A stretch of DNA of 64,000 nucleotides from Tubulanus polymorphus. Lineage: Eukaryota > Animalia > Nemertea. Location of the stretch: the NCBI RefSeq assembly GCF_964204645.1, contig NC_134030.1, positions 15,252,110-15,316,109 of the forward strand, written 5' to 3'. This document shows, piece by piece, positions 21,290 through 32,930 of this stretch. Under the pieces are notes generated by a model, which ran no database searches, was not told the DNA's origin, and worked only from the letters and a program-made list of their open reading frames with translations. Made by a program: the position numbers and the translations under genes. The number at the start of each line of letters is the position of its first letter. Within the stretch, counting starts at the first letter, position 1.

Positions 21290-24200
21290 ATGGCTACCTC
21301 ACTTGGTCCTTTCTGTGATTCTTTAGGAATCGATAGCGAAAACCTTCTTGATAATCTAAAATGTTTGAATCCTGCTGACAAAGAATGGGAATGTATATGA
21401 GATTTTCAATTACGCTACAAAAGCCACAATCTCATGGATTGAAATAGCTAAGACATTAGGCTATGTATACCCACACATATCCGGTATACATTCAGGTAGA
21501 ATAATAAGATCTTCATTCAGTCAAGTTCATTGCAAAAGGAGGGCTATATCCAAAAGCAAGTCTTCAGAATACCTGAATCAAACTTACATCATGCCTAATG
21601 TCGATCCAATTACTACACCAGAACAATCTTCAGAATCCAACCCTTTGGCTACAAAGCGACAAAGGGTTTCATTTGAACAAGATATAGTGAACGAAGTCTC
21701 CATAACTATGGCTCGTGAAATAGCTGAAGCTAAAGATAGATTAAGATCCTTAGAAGAACAGAATAGCAATCTAAAAAGTAGAAATGATTCACTTGAAATG
21801 GAGAATTTGCAATTGAAGCAAAAGCTGAAAAAATTGCAATACGAGCCGCACTAATTTCCTCATGAAAAGGAAAGAAGCTTCAGCAAAATTGTGGAAATCA
21901 AGATATTTGGATTTAAAATCAACAAGTGAGGCTCAGAATGTTGCCAGGCTTCAGTCCAAACTGCAGAAAGCCAAACAAACTATCAGGCAACTTCAGAAGA
22001 ATAAATCAAAAACAAAATCCCGTTCACTATTATCCAGATCTAGCTTGAAAGAAAAACATTCCCAGAATTTAAATGTATCTCTTTTGGAACATCAAGAAAA
22101 TCTCTGTGGAAAGGTAAAAAGGATTTCATCTCTTAATTCAGAAGTTAGTCATCTACAGGATAAATGTTTGACTCTAGAAAATAGGGAGAATCAGGTATTA
22201 GGCGCTAAAATGGACGGAAGAACGTATTCGCATAAAATTCGTGAAGCTAGCTATCATCTGCAGAACTTAGGAATTTCTCAAAAAAATGTTTCAACTGCCA
22301 TTAAATTAGTAAATTCTGCTCTCACCGACACTGAACTATCTGGAAATATCCCTTCGTATACAACCCAGAATCGATTCACTAAAGAAATGAAAGCTGCCTC
22401 TAGGTCTTGGGTTCAAGAAACCATTGAGAAATAAGATAATCTCACAGTCAAATACGATGGAACTACAAAAAAACTAGGACATCTTGTAGAAGTTGAGGTA
22501 GCCACCAAACAAGGCGACTTACTAATGGGACTAACCATTCAAGCCGGTGGAACTGCTGATGAATATACTAAAACCATCATTAAAGCATGCAATAGAATCG
22601 ATTCTTCGAATTCTCAGAATTCAGTAGATTCCAACTCTACTTTGAATAAGATCAAAAACACCATGTCTGATCGTGTCACTACGAATACAATGATTGAAAA
22701 ACAATTAGAAAACTTGATAGGCCATAACTTGAATAACTTTAAATGTGCCATGCACCCACTAGAGGCAATGGCAGGCGACTGTGAGAAAGTGATCAAGATA
22801 TATGAGGCATCAGTTGACATAGCCAGCAAAAAGATTGGCGTCAATTATCCCTTTCTACATCGCGGTGAGAGCAACACAGTAGCTACAGTCAGAACAACCA
22901 GTAAATTATTTCATGACACAAAGTACAACTGTAGCACTGAATTGAGCAGTTTTCTTCATTCTAAAGGAATCGTACCTGAAACAAAAAGAAGAAAATCAGT
23001 ACTTAATAATCGTTTTGTCTGCAATAGGTTTCATGTAGTTTTCCTCTCATGCGGTTCATTATACCATTATAAATCAGGAATTATCGAATTTTTCAATGAC
23101 ACTTTCAGTCCTCGAAATGTTGTTCAAACAAGTGTACTGAACGCATTACAGTTGAAGTGGATCCGTGTTTACGTAGTCAGGGAATCATAGGCAAAGTTTT
23201 AACCGGACCTTGGATGCGACTCTTAGGCCAAACGCGGAATATTCTTGAAATGAATGAGCACTTTGAAATAGCTCATTCAAGACTTGGTGCTTGGGCAAAG
23301 GATGCTAGTAGTCTTTTGACACCTGATGCTCCTTGTGCTTTTGATCTTGTTGATATCCAGAGAGATGCTGTATTTCGAAGTTTAACCGCACCAAGTCATT
23401 CAGATGGAACCACTTTAAGTTTATTGAAAGACCTGTGCCAAGCATGTTTGAATGTGATGGACAGGCAATTGAAATCTCAACTTCCTGGTGGAATTTTTGA
23501 CAATCCATCTGCTCAGCTATTAGAAGAAGCCGCATCCTGCTCAAATACAAACATAAGCGGAGAACGAAATTTTGCGTCAGCAGATCAGGAAATTGCGCGT
23601 GCCAGAAATGCGAAAATAGAAGAATGGCTATATAGAAGCTACGGTTATGTTTCGAAAGAATAAAACAGGCGAATGGTTACGATCGAAGTCAGATGTTGAT
23701 AAAGAAAGTGTAATTAGTCTAGCTAGAAGATCAGTTAAGAATATAAACGAGCTTGATCGATTAGATGAAGAGGAACATTCCGAGAAAATTCAAAATAAAC
23801 TACTTGAGGCGCGAAAAAAGAAATTAGAAAAGGAAGATCGCGACAGAGCTAAATTTGAACAATGGCTCGAATGTATGTTTCAATCTGGGGGTCTCTGGAC
23901 TGGACCCGATATGATGGAAAGTTATCTGGCTGGACATTCTAAAACAAAATCCTTAGAAGTAATTAAATCTCCGATTAATATTCGAACTAGAATCTTTCAA
24001 TGTCAGCCTGAGTCGAAGATAACATTTAGCAAGTCCACTTTAGAAGATTTGGAATCGATCATGAATGAGCTGTTTGAAATTGCCATTCCATTAGAAATGA
24101 TAGACTTATTTGAACTGATAATTACACCGCATAGTTTAGTTAGTAGTAATTTTTCGCAGAGATGGCTAGATGAAGGGACAACCAAATGGTATCATGGATA

Positions 24201-24336
24201 TTTTGAGTCAGTAGAAGTAACTAAGCGCAGAATTCTAGATTTTAAAGTTGTATTTGATAATGGTGAATTTTGTTATATGTCGGCTGATGAAATTATTGTT
24301 GATATTACGCGTAATGACGTTGAGCTATTCCCTTGA
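21290..24336 (+). pseudogene. Decayed DDE transposase of the CxxH clan (hAT/P/MULE-related, hAT-like E motif)
   Basis: Consecutive broken ORFs 21591-21854, 21862-22434, 22525-23190, 23157-23663 and 23647-24336. Motifs VKYDGTT (D), MSDRVTTN (D), CAMH, TNISGERNFA (E). Confidence 0.8.
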
Positions 24337-24659
24337 AAATCAAACTTGCTAATGACCATTATTAACCTAAATAATAAGTTATTCAACAACAATAAATACA
24401 ATGAGTATTGAATTTTTTTTTGGATTTTTTTAAGATAAATATAACAATGAAACTCAACAAGAATAAATAATATTCATATTCAAATATATATATATATATA
24501 TATTTGTTTTTCAATTTTTAGGGTTTTCTGACTTTCGTCGAAAACCCTCTTGAAATTCTGTTGATTATTATTATTATATATTTTCCGCCGATTTCGTCAA
24601 ATAAGATTCATCTTCATTCAGATTCGGCAACTGACAGCTTCGAAACGAAATGTATAAAT

Positions 24660-24778
24660 TGATACTGTAATAACGGTCTCTCTGAACCAACAGATTGTCT
24701 GAATGTACTTTCCATCCTATTTGAAACTTAAAATTACTTATTAGGTTACTGTAAATAAAGAATTGAATTGAATTGTTA
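24660..24778 (+). repeat. Dispersed repeat 3' end with AATAAA(GAATT)n tail (LINE/SINE-like); inverted copy at ~62114-62223, similar tail at 46063-46083
   Basis: ACGGTCTCTCTGAACCAACAGATT...AATAAAGAATTGAATTG matches the reverse complement of ~62114-62223. Confidence 0.6.
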
Positions 24779-25284
24779 GACAACAAGCACCGGCGAAATA
24801 ACAGTTTGTGACGTCATTTAGTAAGTAAATAAAGGAGGGCTCCGAGAATTTCCAAATCACGGGGGACTATACTGGGGTTAGACCATTCAACCAAAAAGAG
24901 GATTGCTCCGATAATATCCAAATCATCTCATTTAATTTTTTCCATCGAATACCCGGTAATTAATTTTTCCTTTCGATCACATGCATCCAGAAAACCCGTT
25001 ATTGCTGCTTTGCAGCTATATTTTATATTTTTGTTATATTAATTCTTTTCAAATTTTCAGTTGTGTCTATTCTTAATTATTTATATTTTTTGTTATATTT
25101 ATTCTGTTTTAATCTTTAGTTATGTCTTTTCTTTTATTACATATACTCTTTCTTATATTCTTATCTTTAACCTATGTTTGTGTTGCATTCCAGTATATTT
25201 CGTTAAGTTTCATTTTTATTAATCTTTAGTTGTATTTTTCTTTATTTATTTGATTCATTCAAATTCTTTTTTTTTTGATGTCCT

Positions 25285-25480
25285 GATGGCTGGATAGAGT
25301 GCCTGGTGTGTTTAGCACCAGTGAAGCCAAGTTATTAGGTCAGAATATACCAGTGCTCCCAACTGGTTTATCAAAGGCCGGGCATGTACATACTTTTGTG
25401 CATGTAAAAGATCCCTTACTGTGTAATCGAGAAGAGTAGCTGGGGTACCGGCGGCAGAAGGATTTTCATTATTCTATCCC
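25285..25480 (+). repeat. Probable SINE fragment with Meta/MESC-type conserved core
   Basis: ACTGGTTTATCAAAGGCC...GTGCATGTAAAAGATCCCTTACTG...ATCGAGAAGAGTAGC resembles a lophotrochozoan SINE core (from recognition only). Confidence 0.45.
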
Positions 25481-26614
25481 TAAAAGCCCATACGAAACCA
25501 CCAGATTCAGTCTCACATACTGTTCAACCGTATTTTCACTCTGGTTTTACTAAATAGTAGTAGTCATAGATTATGCAACCCTTAGATCACAATTCTACCA
25601 AGAAATGAGTTCTGGATTAAACCAGTAGTGCTTAATGGTTTAAAAACCTTCAGAACATGAAAACTGCCTGCGAATTCATTTTAAAGCATCTATATGAATC
25701 TATATGTACACGCGCATAGGAGCGCACAAAAAATGTATACATTTTGTTAAAGTTTTTTGGTCGCCTAGCAACAGCCGAGGCACCCTGCCAGCCAGGTTAT
25801 TTTTAGATATTTGGTCTGGCTATCTATTTGATTCAATCCAGGATAATTTTAGAGAATAAACCTTTGATTACAGCCATTATTTTCATAGATTGGCACTATA
25901 ACCTAATGTAGAATAATATTCTAGAATATTACAGCTCTAGATTTATCAGCAAAAAATTTGTTCCGTACCTTTCTTGTTTAATTGAGTCCAAAAGTCATAA
26001 TTCCTATTAAAAATATTATTTCATCAGCATAAAGACCTTCCATGGTGTTCAGAGGGGGCTAATGATCATATTGTATCCTTGATTTCACCCAAGAAACCTA
26101 TGTTAAACACAAATTTCATCAAAATCTCAATTTTTGACACTGTTGTCATAGCAACCCTTTTGAAATTAAATCTATCAAGTTTTATCCAACATTTGGATTA
26201 TGTTTATTGTCAGGGGTTAAATAGTTAGATATGTATAATACATTAAATAACTTAAAACGCTTTTGCCTGTGACCGTATTGATGCGCCGGAGACCACTGCG
26301 CATGCGCGGCAACTTTCCGAGCACCATGCGCATGCGCAGTGGTTTCCGTCGCATCAATACGGTCACAGGCAAAAGCTAAGCCGTTTCATCCCTTGTTATT
26401 TTAATATAGTAAGGCGTCGCGCCCGCTGATACTGATCCTTAACAGCCAATTGTTTATCGGAACTCTATAGTGGATAAATAAACAACATCAACACAGGGTA
26501 TTTCTGTGATATTTTGAATTTATTTGCAGTTTAAATTTAGCGCCATTCTCGCGAGATTATCAACAACCCGGAAGTAAAATCCAAGCCAGTTTACAAGCCC
26601 CTGTGTTTCTAGCT

Positions 26615-28255
26615 CACGCCTGCGCATCAGTCAGTGCTGGGAATACTGGATATCGACAAATTCACTTGAATTACTCGTTTGATGGTGCTAGTCAGAACCC
26701 GAAATTGGAACCTAAATACGCCATGTTCTAGGTCATTTGCAATAAAAATCTCTCGCTTCAAGTTTTTAGTTAGCGATATTTTACTAACTATACAACGGCA
26801 CGCATAATCCTATGAGCATGATATCCTGACAATGTGTTGAATTCGATAAAACCCCACTTCGAACGCTAAAGATTACTTAGTCTAGTACCTAGCCGTTGTT
26901 CCTCAAACAATGTCTAGGGCGAAAGTGCTCATATAAGGTTAATTTTCGTCCCTCATTTTGAGGGACGAGGCTTTGAGCGTCTATTTCAGCCCTTAAAACA
27001 CCATCAACTGACCTGACTGTTCTGTAATCAGATGGAAGTAAACTATTGTTTGTGCATAAATTTGTAATCCTTAGTAGCTTTTGACGATCGTAGTAGCTCA
27101 AAACTTTTGACTAGTCGCTTCAAAAAATAGTTGAAGTGAAGCAACATAACAAATATGGCGGCTTTTAGTGGTGCATGATGGGAGTGTAAATTACCGATTC
27201 GAAATTAGACTTGGATTGACATTGATGCCAATGCAGATATTATTCTTGTTTCAAATTCTTAACGTTAAAATTGACTAAAATCTTTGCGTTTTATCAACAA
27301 AAAGTAACATTTAGAGTTATTTTAGAGAGACATATTGAATTTTCACATTTTATTAATTTAGTCCGTATTAGAAATCCCGATAGTGGCAATCAATTCAATT
27401 CAAATCAAATCAATAAATTCTCCGGTTCGCGATTTAAATCATCAAATATTTTATTGTAAAACACATTTTCAAAGTCAACAAGGTACTAATTTATTTATTT
27501 TAGTACAAAGGTTTGATTTGACACTAAAATCAGTTGTTGCATTGCAACTAACAGGAGTTAACGTCTATATGATACTTTAGCGTCAGACGTTGTAGGGAAC
27601 CGTAACAACGACTGGTATTCAGACTAAAGATTACTAGAGATGTAAAAAAACTACCAAAAATAACAAATTTAGCGATGACGCGCGAAGCAGCTAACGGAAG
27701 TAATGACTGGTGCCGGGTGTCATCACTTTGTTGTTGAGTTCAAGACTCTTAAGGTAAATTTATTGCAGGCTACACTGATAAATATGAGATAATATCATGA
27801 AATAAGATTGATTTTTGAAGGACTAAACTCGTAGATTCATAATAAAAATATGAAAAGTACCAGGACTCGAACCAACAATCAAAATTGGGCCGTCAGGTGC
27901 TGCCACCATGTAACACCTGGCAACCAGTCTTTGCATCGTCAGCAGTTGCAAAATGTTTTTTGATAATTTTAGGACATTTATATTGATTTCTAGCCTTTGC
28001 AGTGAGGTTTTATCATATCCAACGCAGCGGTAGGATGTAATATTTAAAGGATTATGCGTGACGATATATAGTAAGTAAAATAACGCTCATTGAAAACTTG
28101 AAGCGAGAGATTTTCATTGCAAATGAACAAGAACATGGCGGATTTAGGTTCCAATTTCCGGTTCTGACTAGTGCCATCACGCGAGTAATTCAAGAACTTG
28201 AATTTGTCGATATCCCCTATTGCGCTAAGTCGAGAAATCGGCAGAGTGCGCATGT
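26615..28255. repeat. Pair of ~230-bp diverged inverted repeats (26615-26855 and 28005-28255)
   Basis: GATATCGACAAATTC..CTTGAATTACTCG..GCTAGTCAGAACCCGAAATTGGAACCTAAAT is mirrored by ATTTAGGTTCCAATTTCCGGTTCTGACTAG..CGAGTAATTCAAG..GAATTTGTCGATATC. Confidence 0.75.
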
Positions 28256-29079
28256 GTCACTACATGTGAACAGCATGTGAACTTTAATGACTATAAGTCG
28301 CTGTAGTTTCTACGCAGGTTCTATTTGGTTCGAATCCCGTAAAATATTGATCTTATAGCATCCCGAATATGAAATAATAAACTTTGATAACCCCAGGGTG
28401 TATGTATGTGCAAGGTTCGAATCCCGAATGAGTAACAGAAAAATACATCATTTTTTTCAATGTACCGGTATATATATTCAGCTTACAGCAAGCCCACTTG
28501 AACACCTGTCATCCTCAAAAATACAAATGATCCTCTTAAGCAATTATTTGCAAAATCGTAGAATGCTGTGATCCTGTTGCACGGTTGTGGGTTAAAATTA
28601 GTCGAATCATAACTCACATCTATGGAACTAGGCTCCTGATTGATTGAATAACAAGAGAAATATATGATATGAATGGAATCAATTTATTTTAATAATTCAC
28701 TTATTTTATAAACATAAGATAAGATTATCTAGACATCAAATAGTTGACAGAATGTTTTTATCAAACAAGTTTCTAGTGGTAAAAATTAAACCACTGCCTC
28801 TAGGAAGTCATGAAGAAAGTACCCTTCCCACGTTTTATCTCTCTACCGAAGATTTATAAAAACAATACATAGGCCTAAGTTAAACAAGTACAACAAAATT
28901 GTAGGGAAAAACAACACATCTATAATAAATAATATATCAGAGTAAAAAAAGTACAACGCAGATGTATAGAAAAACAATACGTCTATAATCAAAGTAAAAC
29001 AAGTACAACAAAGATGTGAAGTGAAAACAATACCACTGGAATAAATCATATAAATAATATAATTAAAGTGAAAGAAGTA

Positions 29080-29268
29080 CAGTCTACCCCGATATACCGC
29101 CCCGCCCTCCCATATACTGCCACACATGCCTACCACCAGGTTTGCTCTATACATTACTCTACACAAATATATAGTAAAACATACCCGATATACCGCCATA
29201 CTCTTTTTACCGCCAAAATTGCTCTGCACCGATGTGGGTGCAGTATATCGAGGAGGGGGGGTCGACTG
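29080..29268. mobile_element. Tc1/mariner (pogo-type) MITE, TA TSD
   Basis: TA|CAGTCTACCCCGATATAC...GTATATCGAGG..GGTCGACTG|TA. Confidence 0.7.
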
Positions 29269-29903
29269 TACATAGAGATGTGAGATATTAAACCTAAACA
29301 ACAAAAGCACCAATAAGAAACCAGCACAAAGAATATTGTATTCGTGCAAGAATGTTCACAAGTGAATGTGTAGTACATGTATATAGTTAAAACATGAATT
29401 TCATTACCTTTTCATATTAAGCTAAAAGATAAAAGTTTAAATTGAATATTAATTTTGATAATTGTTATACAATATACAATACCATATAAGGCTAAAAGAG
29501 ATGAAAGTTTAAATTGCACAGCTGTATAGGCCTATTTATTTCAATAACTATTACGCAACACAATGTGATGGAATGTAAATACATGAGGATGCATGTTGAG
29601 AGGCATGGGCAGAATGAGAAAAGGAATAGACCCACAACGAATGTAGATAAATCCACTTGAAAAAAGAAAGATGTTGATGAATCCACAAGTTTGTATTAAA
29701 CATTAGATCTCAATGAAATCTACTACAGTCAAATCCGCTTAATCCGTATCAGTGGGACTGCCGATTTTTCTACGGATTAACTGAAAGTACGGATAAATCG
29801 AAAAAGCCTCAGATATGTGACCAACCTAGTATATGTTGAAATAATTCTTTATTCATCCAAGACACTGTATTCCTAATTCATTCCTGCTTTACTTAGGGAA
29901 TTA

Positions 29904-30493
29904 CCGTAAAAACCGGCGTATAAGTCTACGCGGCGTATAAGTCGAGGTCGATTTTTAGACCTACATTTCATGATTTTAACATATATCTGGCTTATAAGTC
30001 GAGTCCCTTCTTTTAGAAGAATAATTACTAGTATCATTGTATTGAATAGTTTGTTTTGATAACGATGTGTGCCTTCATGCACACTGCCATGCGTCAGCCT
30101 GATTGCTGCTGTGTGTTAATCAATAGACTGTTACACACACTCAGGTATAATACACTACCATACAGTGATACAGTAGTGTGAGTCACACGCTATATATAGC
30201 CTAATGTATTAAGCGCTGCTATGAGCGCGCATATATGAATACATCGTTTCAAATGAAGCTGTGTCAAAATGAAAGAAGTTTTTTTCATTAAATAGCTTTA
30301 TTTATCATGAATAATTATTGAAACTGTTATAGCAGTGAGAAGATGAACACTGTCTTTTTTGTCTGGTAGAATCAATATTTCTTGTGACCTGAAAATACTT
30401 TGTAGAAAACTGTACTCGGAGTATAAGTCGATGTCAATAATTTAGTGGTAAAATCAAGGGTTAAAAACTCGACTTATACGCCAGTTTTTAAGG
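29904..30493. mobile_element. CCGTA-type Tc1/mariner MITE nested in the Tigger 3' region
   Basis: TA|CCGTAAAAACCGGCGTATAAGTC...GACTTATACGCCAGTTTTTAAGG|TA. A related left end occurs at ~50499. Confidence 0.82.
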
Positions 30494-30662
30494 TATAGAT
30501 GAATTTCTATTGAAAAGTAAACATGTAACATTATCGACGAAGTTTGAAAGTGGGACATCTGTCAAGATAACAGGAAAATGAGGAGATTTTACTTGCAACT
30601 AATGAAACAAATTTATTAAACATAAAACACTAGTATCTTGTCAAAATTTAAATGTCTTCAGT

Positions 30663-32244
30663 TCAGTTTTTTTCCCCAAAGAAATCGGTTATTTCCATTT
30701 GCTTTTTCGGAAGCTTTGCCAGGTATTGATGGACCCGCTCAGTGAATGCGAGAACATCGTCAGTAAACTCCTGTGAACTCTGCGTTAACGCGTAACTACT
30801 AAGTGTTGCGAGAGATTGACGAATGGCAGCAGCTGATGGAGGGGTAGGATTAAATTCTTCTTCTTCCTCCTCAGTGTCGGAATTTTCATGGTAATCCATA
30901 TTGACGTCGGTTTCGTTGAACATGAGTCACAATGTCCGAATCGCTCATTTCCATGTTGTCTGAAACTTCCAAATTGTCATCAACCGGTGGTAAATCATTA
31001 CCATAAATCGTACCAAGACGATCCCAGATGTTACGGAATTCACGCTGCTCAGTAGGCTCTTGTGAGCTTGTGGAAACGACTTCGACGATGTCGTCTGTAT
31101 CAAGATCAATACCTGGTGCAACAAACCCAGTTGATCTAAAACAATTTTCTATAGCTTTTTTAGAAACTTTCATCCAGGCTGATTTTATCGCAACAATCGC
31201 ATCTAAAATGTTCCACTTTAAGTCTTGATTTGCCTCAGCAGCCGTAAGACGACGAGTAGCTAATATTTTCCTGTAGTAAAACTTTAAGTTTTTAATGACG
31301 CCGCCATCCATAGGTTGCGTAATCGAGGTAGTATTAGGTGGTAAAAACACAAGTTCTATGTTCTTTAGTTCAATGTTCGGGTGAGCGGTACAATTGTCTA
31401 CTATCATGCATATTTTTCGTCGCTGAAGTAACATTTTACGATCCAATTTCTGTAACCATTCGATAAAAATAATTCCCGTCATCCACGCTTTCTTGTTGGA
31501 CAGGTACTCAACTGGAATTCTTACAACATTTTTGAACGCCCTTGGTCTCTTACTCTTACCAATGGCCAGCAGCGGCAGTTTATCGTCACCATTCATGTTT
31601 GCAGCAACTAAAACCGTGATGCGGGTTTTTGCCTGTTTAGACCCATGATCTTTAGAACCCTTGAAGCCAAGCGACTTCTCTGGCAGTAACTGCCAGAACA
31701 AGCCGGTCTCATCGGCATTATAGATATCACTGGGCCTGTATTGTTCAAGAATTTCTTTCAATCGCCCATCTTTCCATTCATTAACTATAACCTGGTCAAC
31801 ACCTCCTGCTTCTCCAGCTTTTAGAATTTTCACGATTCCATATCTGTGTCTAAATCGACTGATCCAGCTAGCAGATATGTTGGATTCATGTCCATTTTCA
31901 CGGCTAAAATAATTTGCCTTGGTCAGCAACATACCGCCATCAATCCTGAGATCGGGTTTCTGGCTTAATTGGCAGAACCAGATGATCAATGCCGCGTCAA
32001 CATCTGATAAGTCAAGGGTGCGTGCTCTCTTGATTGAACCTTTCCTTGCATCCTGCGGTTTTTCAACTAGACTCTTTATTTTTTCATTATTTTTGATATA
32101 ATCGTTCAGTGTTTGTGGTTTTAAATCGAATTTCAGACCAATGTCCTTCTTCTTCCAGTTTTGATGGTTTTCGTAAAATTTCATAATCTCGTATTTTTCC
32201 TGATAAATACGGTCCGTACGTTTTCTTTTTTCCATCGTGAACAA
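30663..32244 (-). CDS. pogo/Tigger transposase (CENP-B-type HTH + DD29D), one frameshift near the acidic C-terminus
   Basis: ORF 30886-32244 has YNADETGLFW, IVDNCTAH and QPMDGGVI. The C-terminal tail (EEEEEE...KQMEITDFF) is in 30663-30923. Confidence 0.92.
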
Positions 32245-32660
32245 ATGAATGAACGAATATACAGTAGCCGAGTGCAGTAGTATAGCCTATATAGCGACTC
32301 TTTGAAGCAACAGTAGACTCATATAAATAGCGACAGTGTTGGCCTGGCATTTTAATCAATACACAGTGTCTGGGATTTTGAGTTATCGTTCTAACTACGG
32401 CGGCACGCTATGTTTTAACGGTGATTTGTAATTAATAATAAAATGTTTTTTACGATACGGATTATCCGACCGTTAATGTACATGGTTTGCACAATTGGAC
32501 CACATATATACTACGGATTAAGTGAAAATACGGATTATTTTGAACGGATTAATTAAAAATTTTATTAAGGGTTTTAACAGTAAATAAACGGGACTGAGTA
32601 AAATATACGGAATATCTAAGAATACGGATAAATCGGCTCCGGATTAAGCGGATTTGACTG

Positions 32661-32740
32661 TATCACATAACAACTTTCACTCAATGAAATCTACTATCAC
32701 ATAACAACATTCACTCACTGAAATCTACTATCACATAATA
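32661..32740. repeat. ~33-bp minisatellite into which the Tigger element inserted
   Basis: CTCAATGAAATCTACTATCACATAACAAC.TTCA units; the left half-unit is at ~29709-29725. Confidence 0.75.
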
Positions 32741-32930
32741 CGGTAAAAAAGGAAAAGACTTAGAGTGAACAGGGATGTCAGCCCTGGAGTGACCGACTTT
32801 GATTTCTTGTTTTTCTGGTAGGCCTAAGAGAATTGCTACACTTCAAAAAAGTCACAGAGAAATCACCCTTCCCACATTTTTATTCCCAGGTACTCACTCC
32901 GCAACTTTCTCAAAGCAAAATCTAAGGAAT

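Larger units (their letters stand above)
15067..26605. mobile_element. Second copy of the CACAGGGG foldback element, split by ~11 kb of nested sequence (left arm 15067-15207, remainder ~26255-26605)
   Basis: Same TIRs as 12612-13278; flanks CTTCTAG| and |TTTCTAG (6/7 TSD match). Confidence 0.7.
29726..32660 (-). mobile_element. pogo/Tigger DNA transposon, full length, TA TSD
   Basis: Perfect TIRs CAGTCAAATCCGCTTAATCCG / CGGATTAAGCGGATTTGACTG flanked by TA; internal transposase ORF. Confidence 0.95.

Noticed and set aside
27699-27752. Candidate MRPL39 first exon
   Set aside because: Ends in phase 0 whereas the exon at 42075 needs phase 1, and it does not resemble a mitochondrial targeting peptide.
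28315-28430. GGTTCGAATCCCG B-box motifs as tRNA genes (also ~59550)
   Set aside because: No cloverleaf could be folded; likely SINE remnants.
28843-29378. 168-aa hydrophobic ORF
   Set aside because: Produced by low-complexity A-rich tandem repeats plus a MITE.
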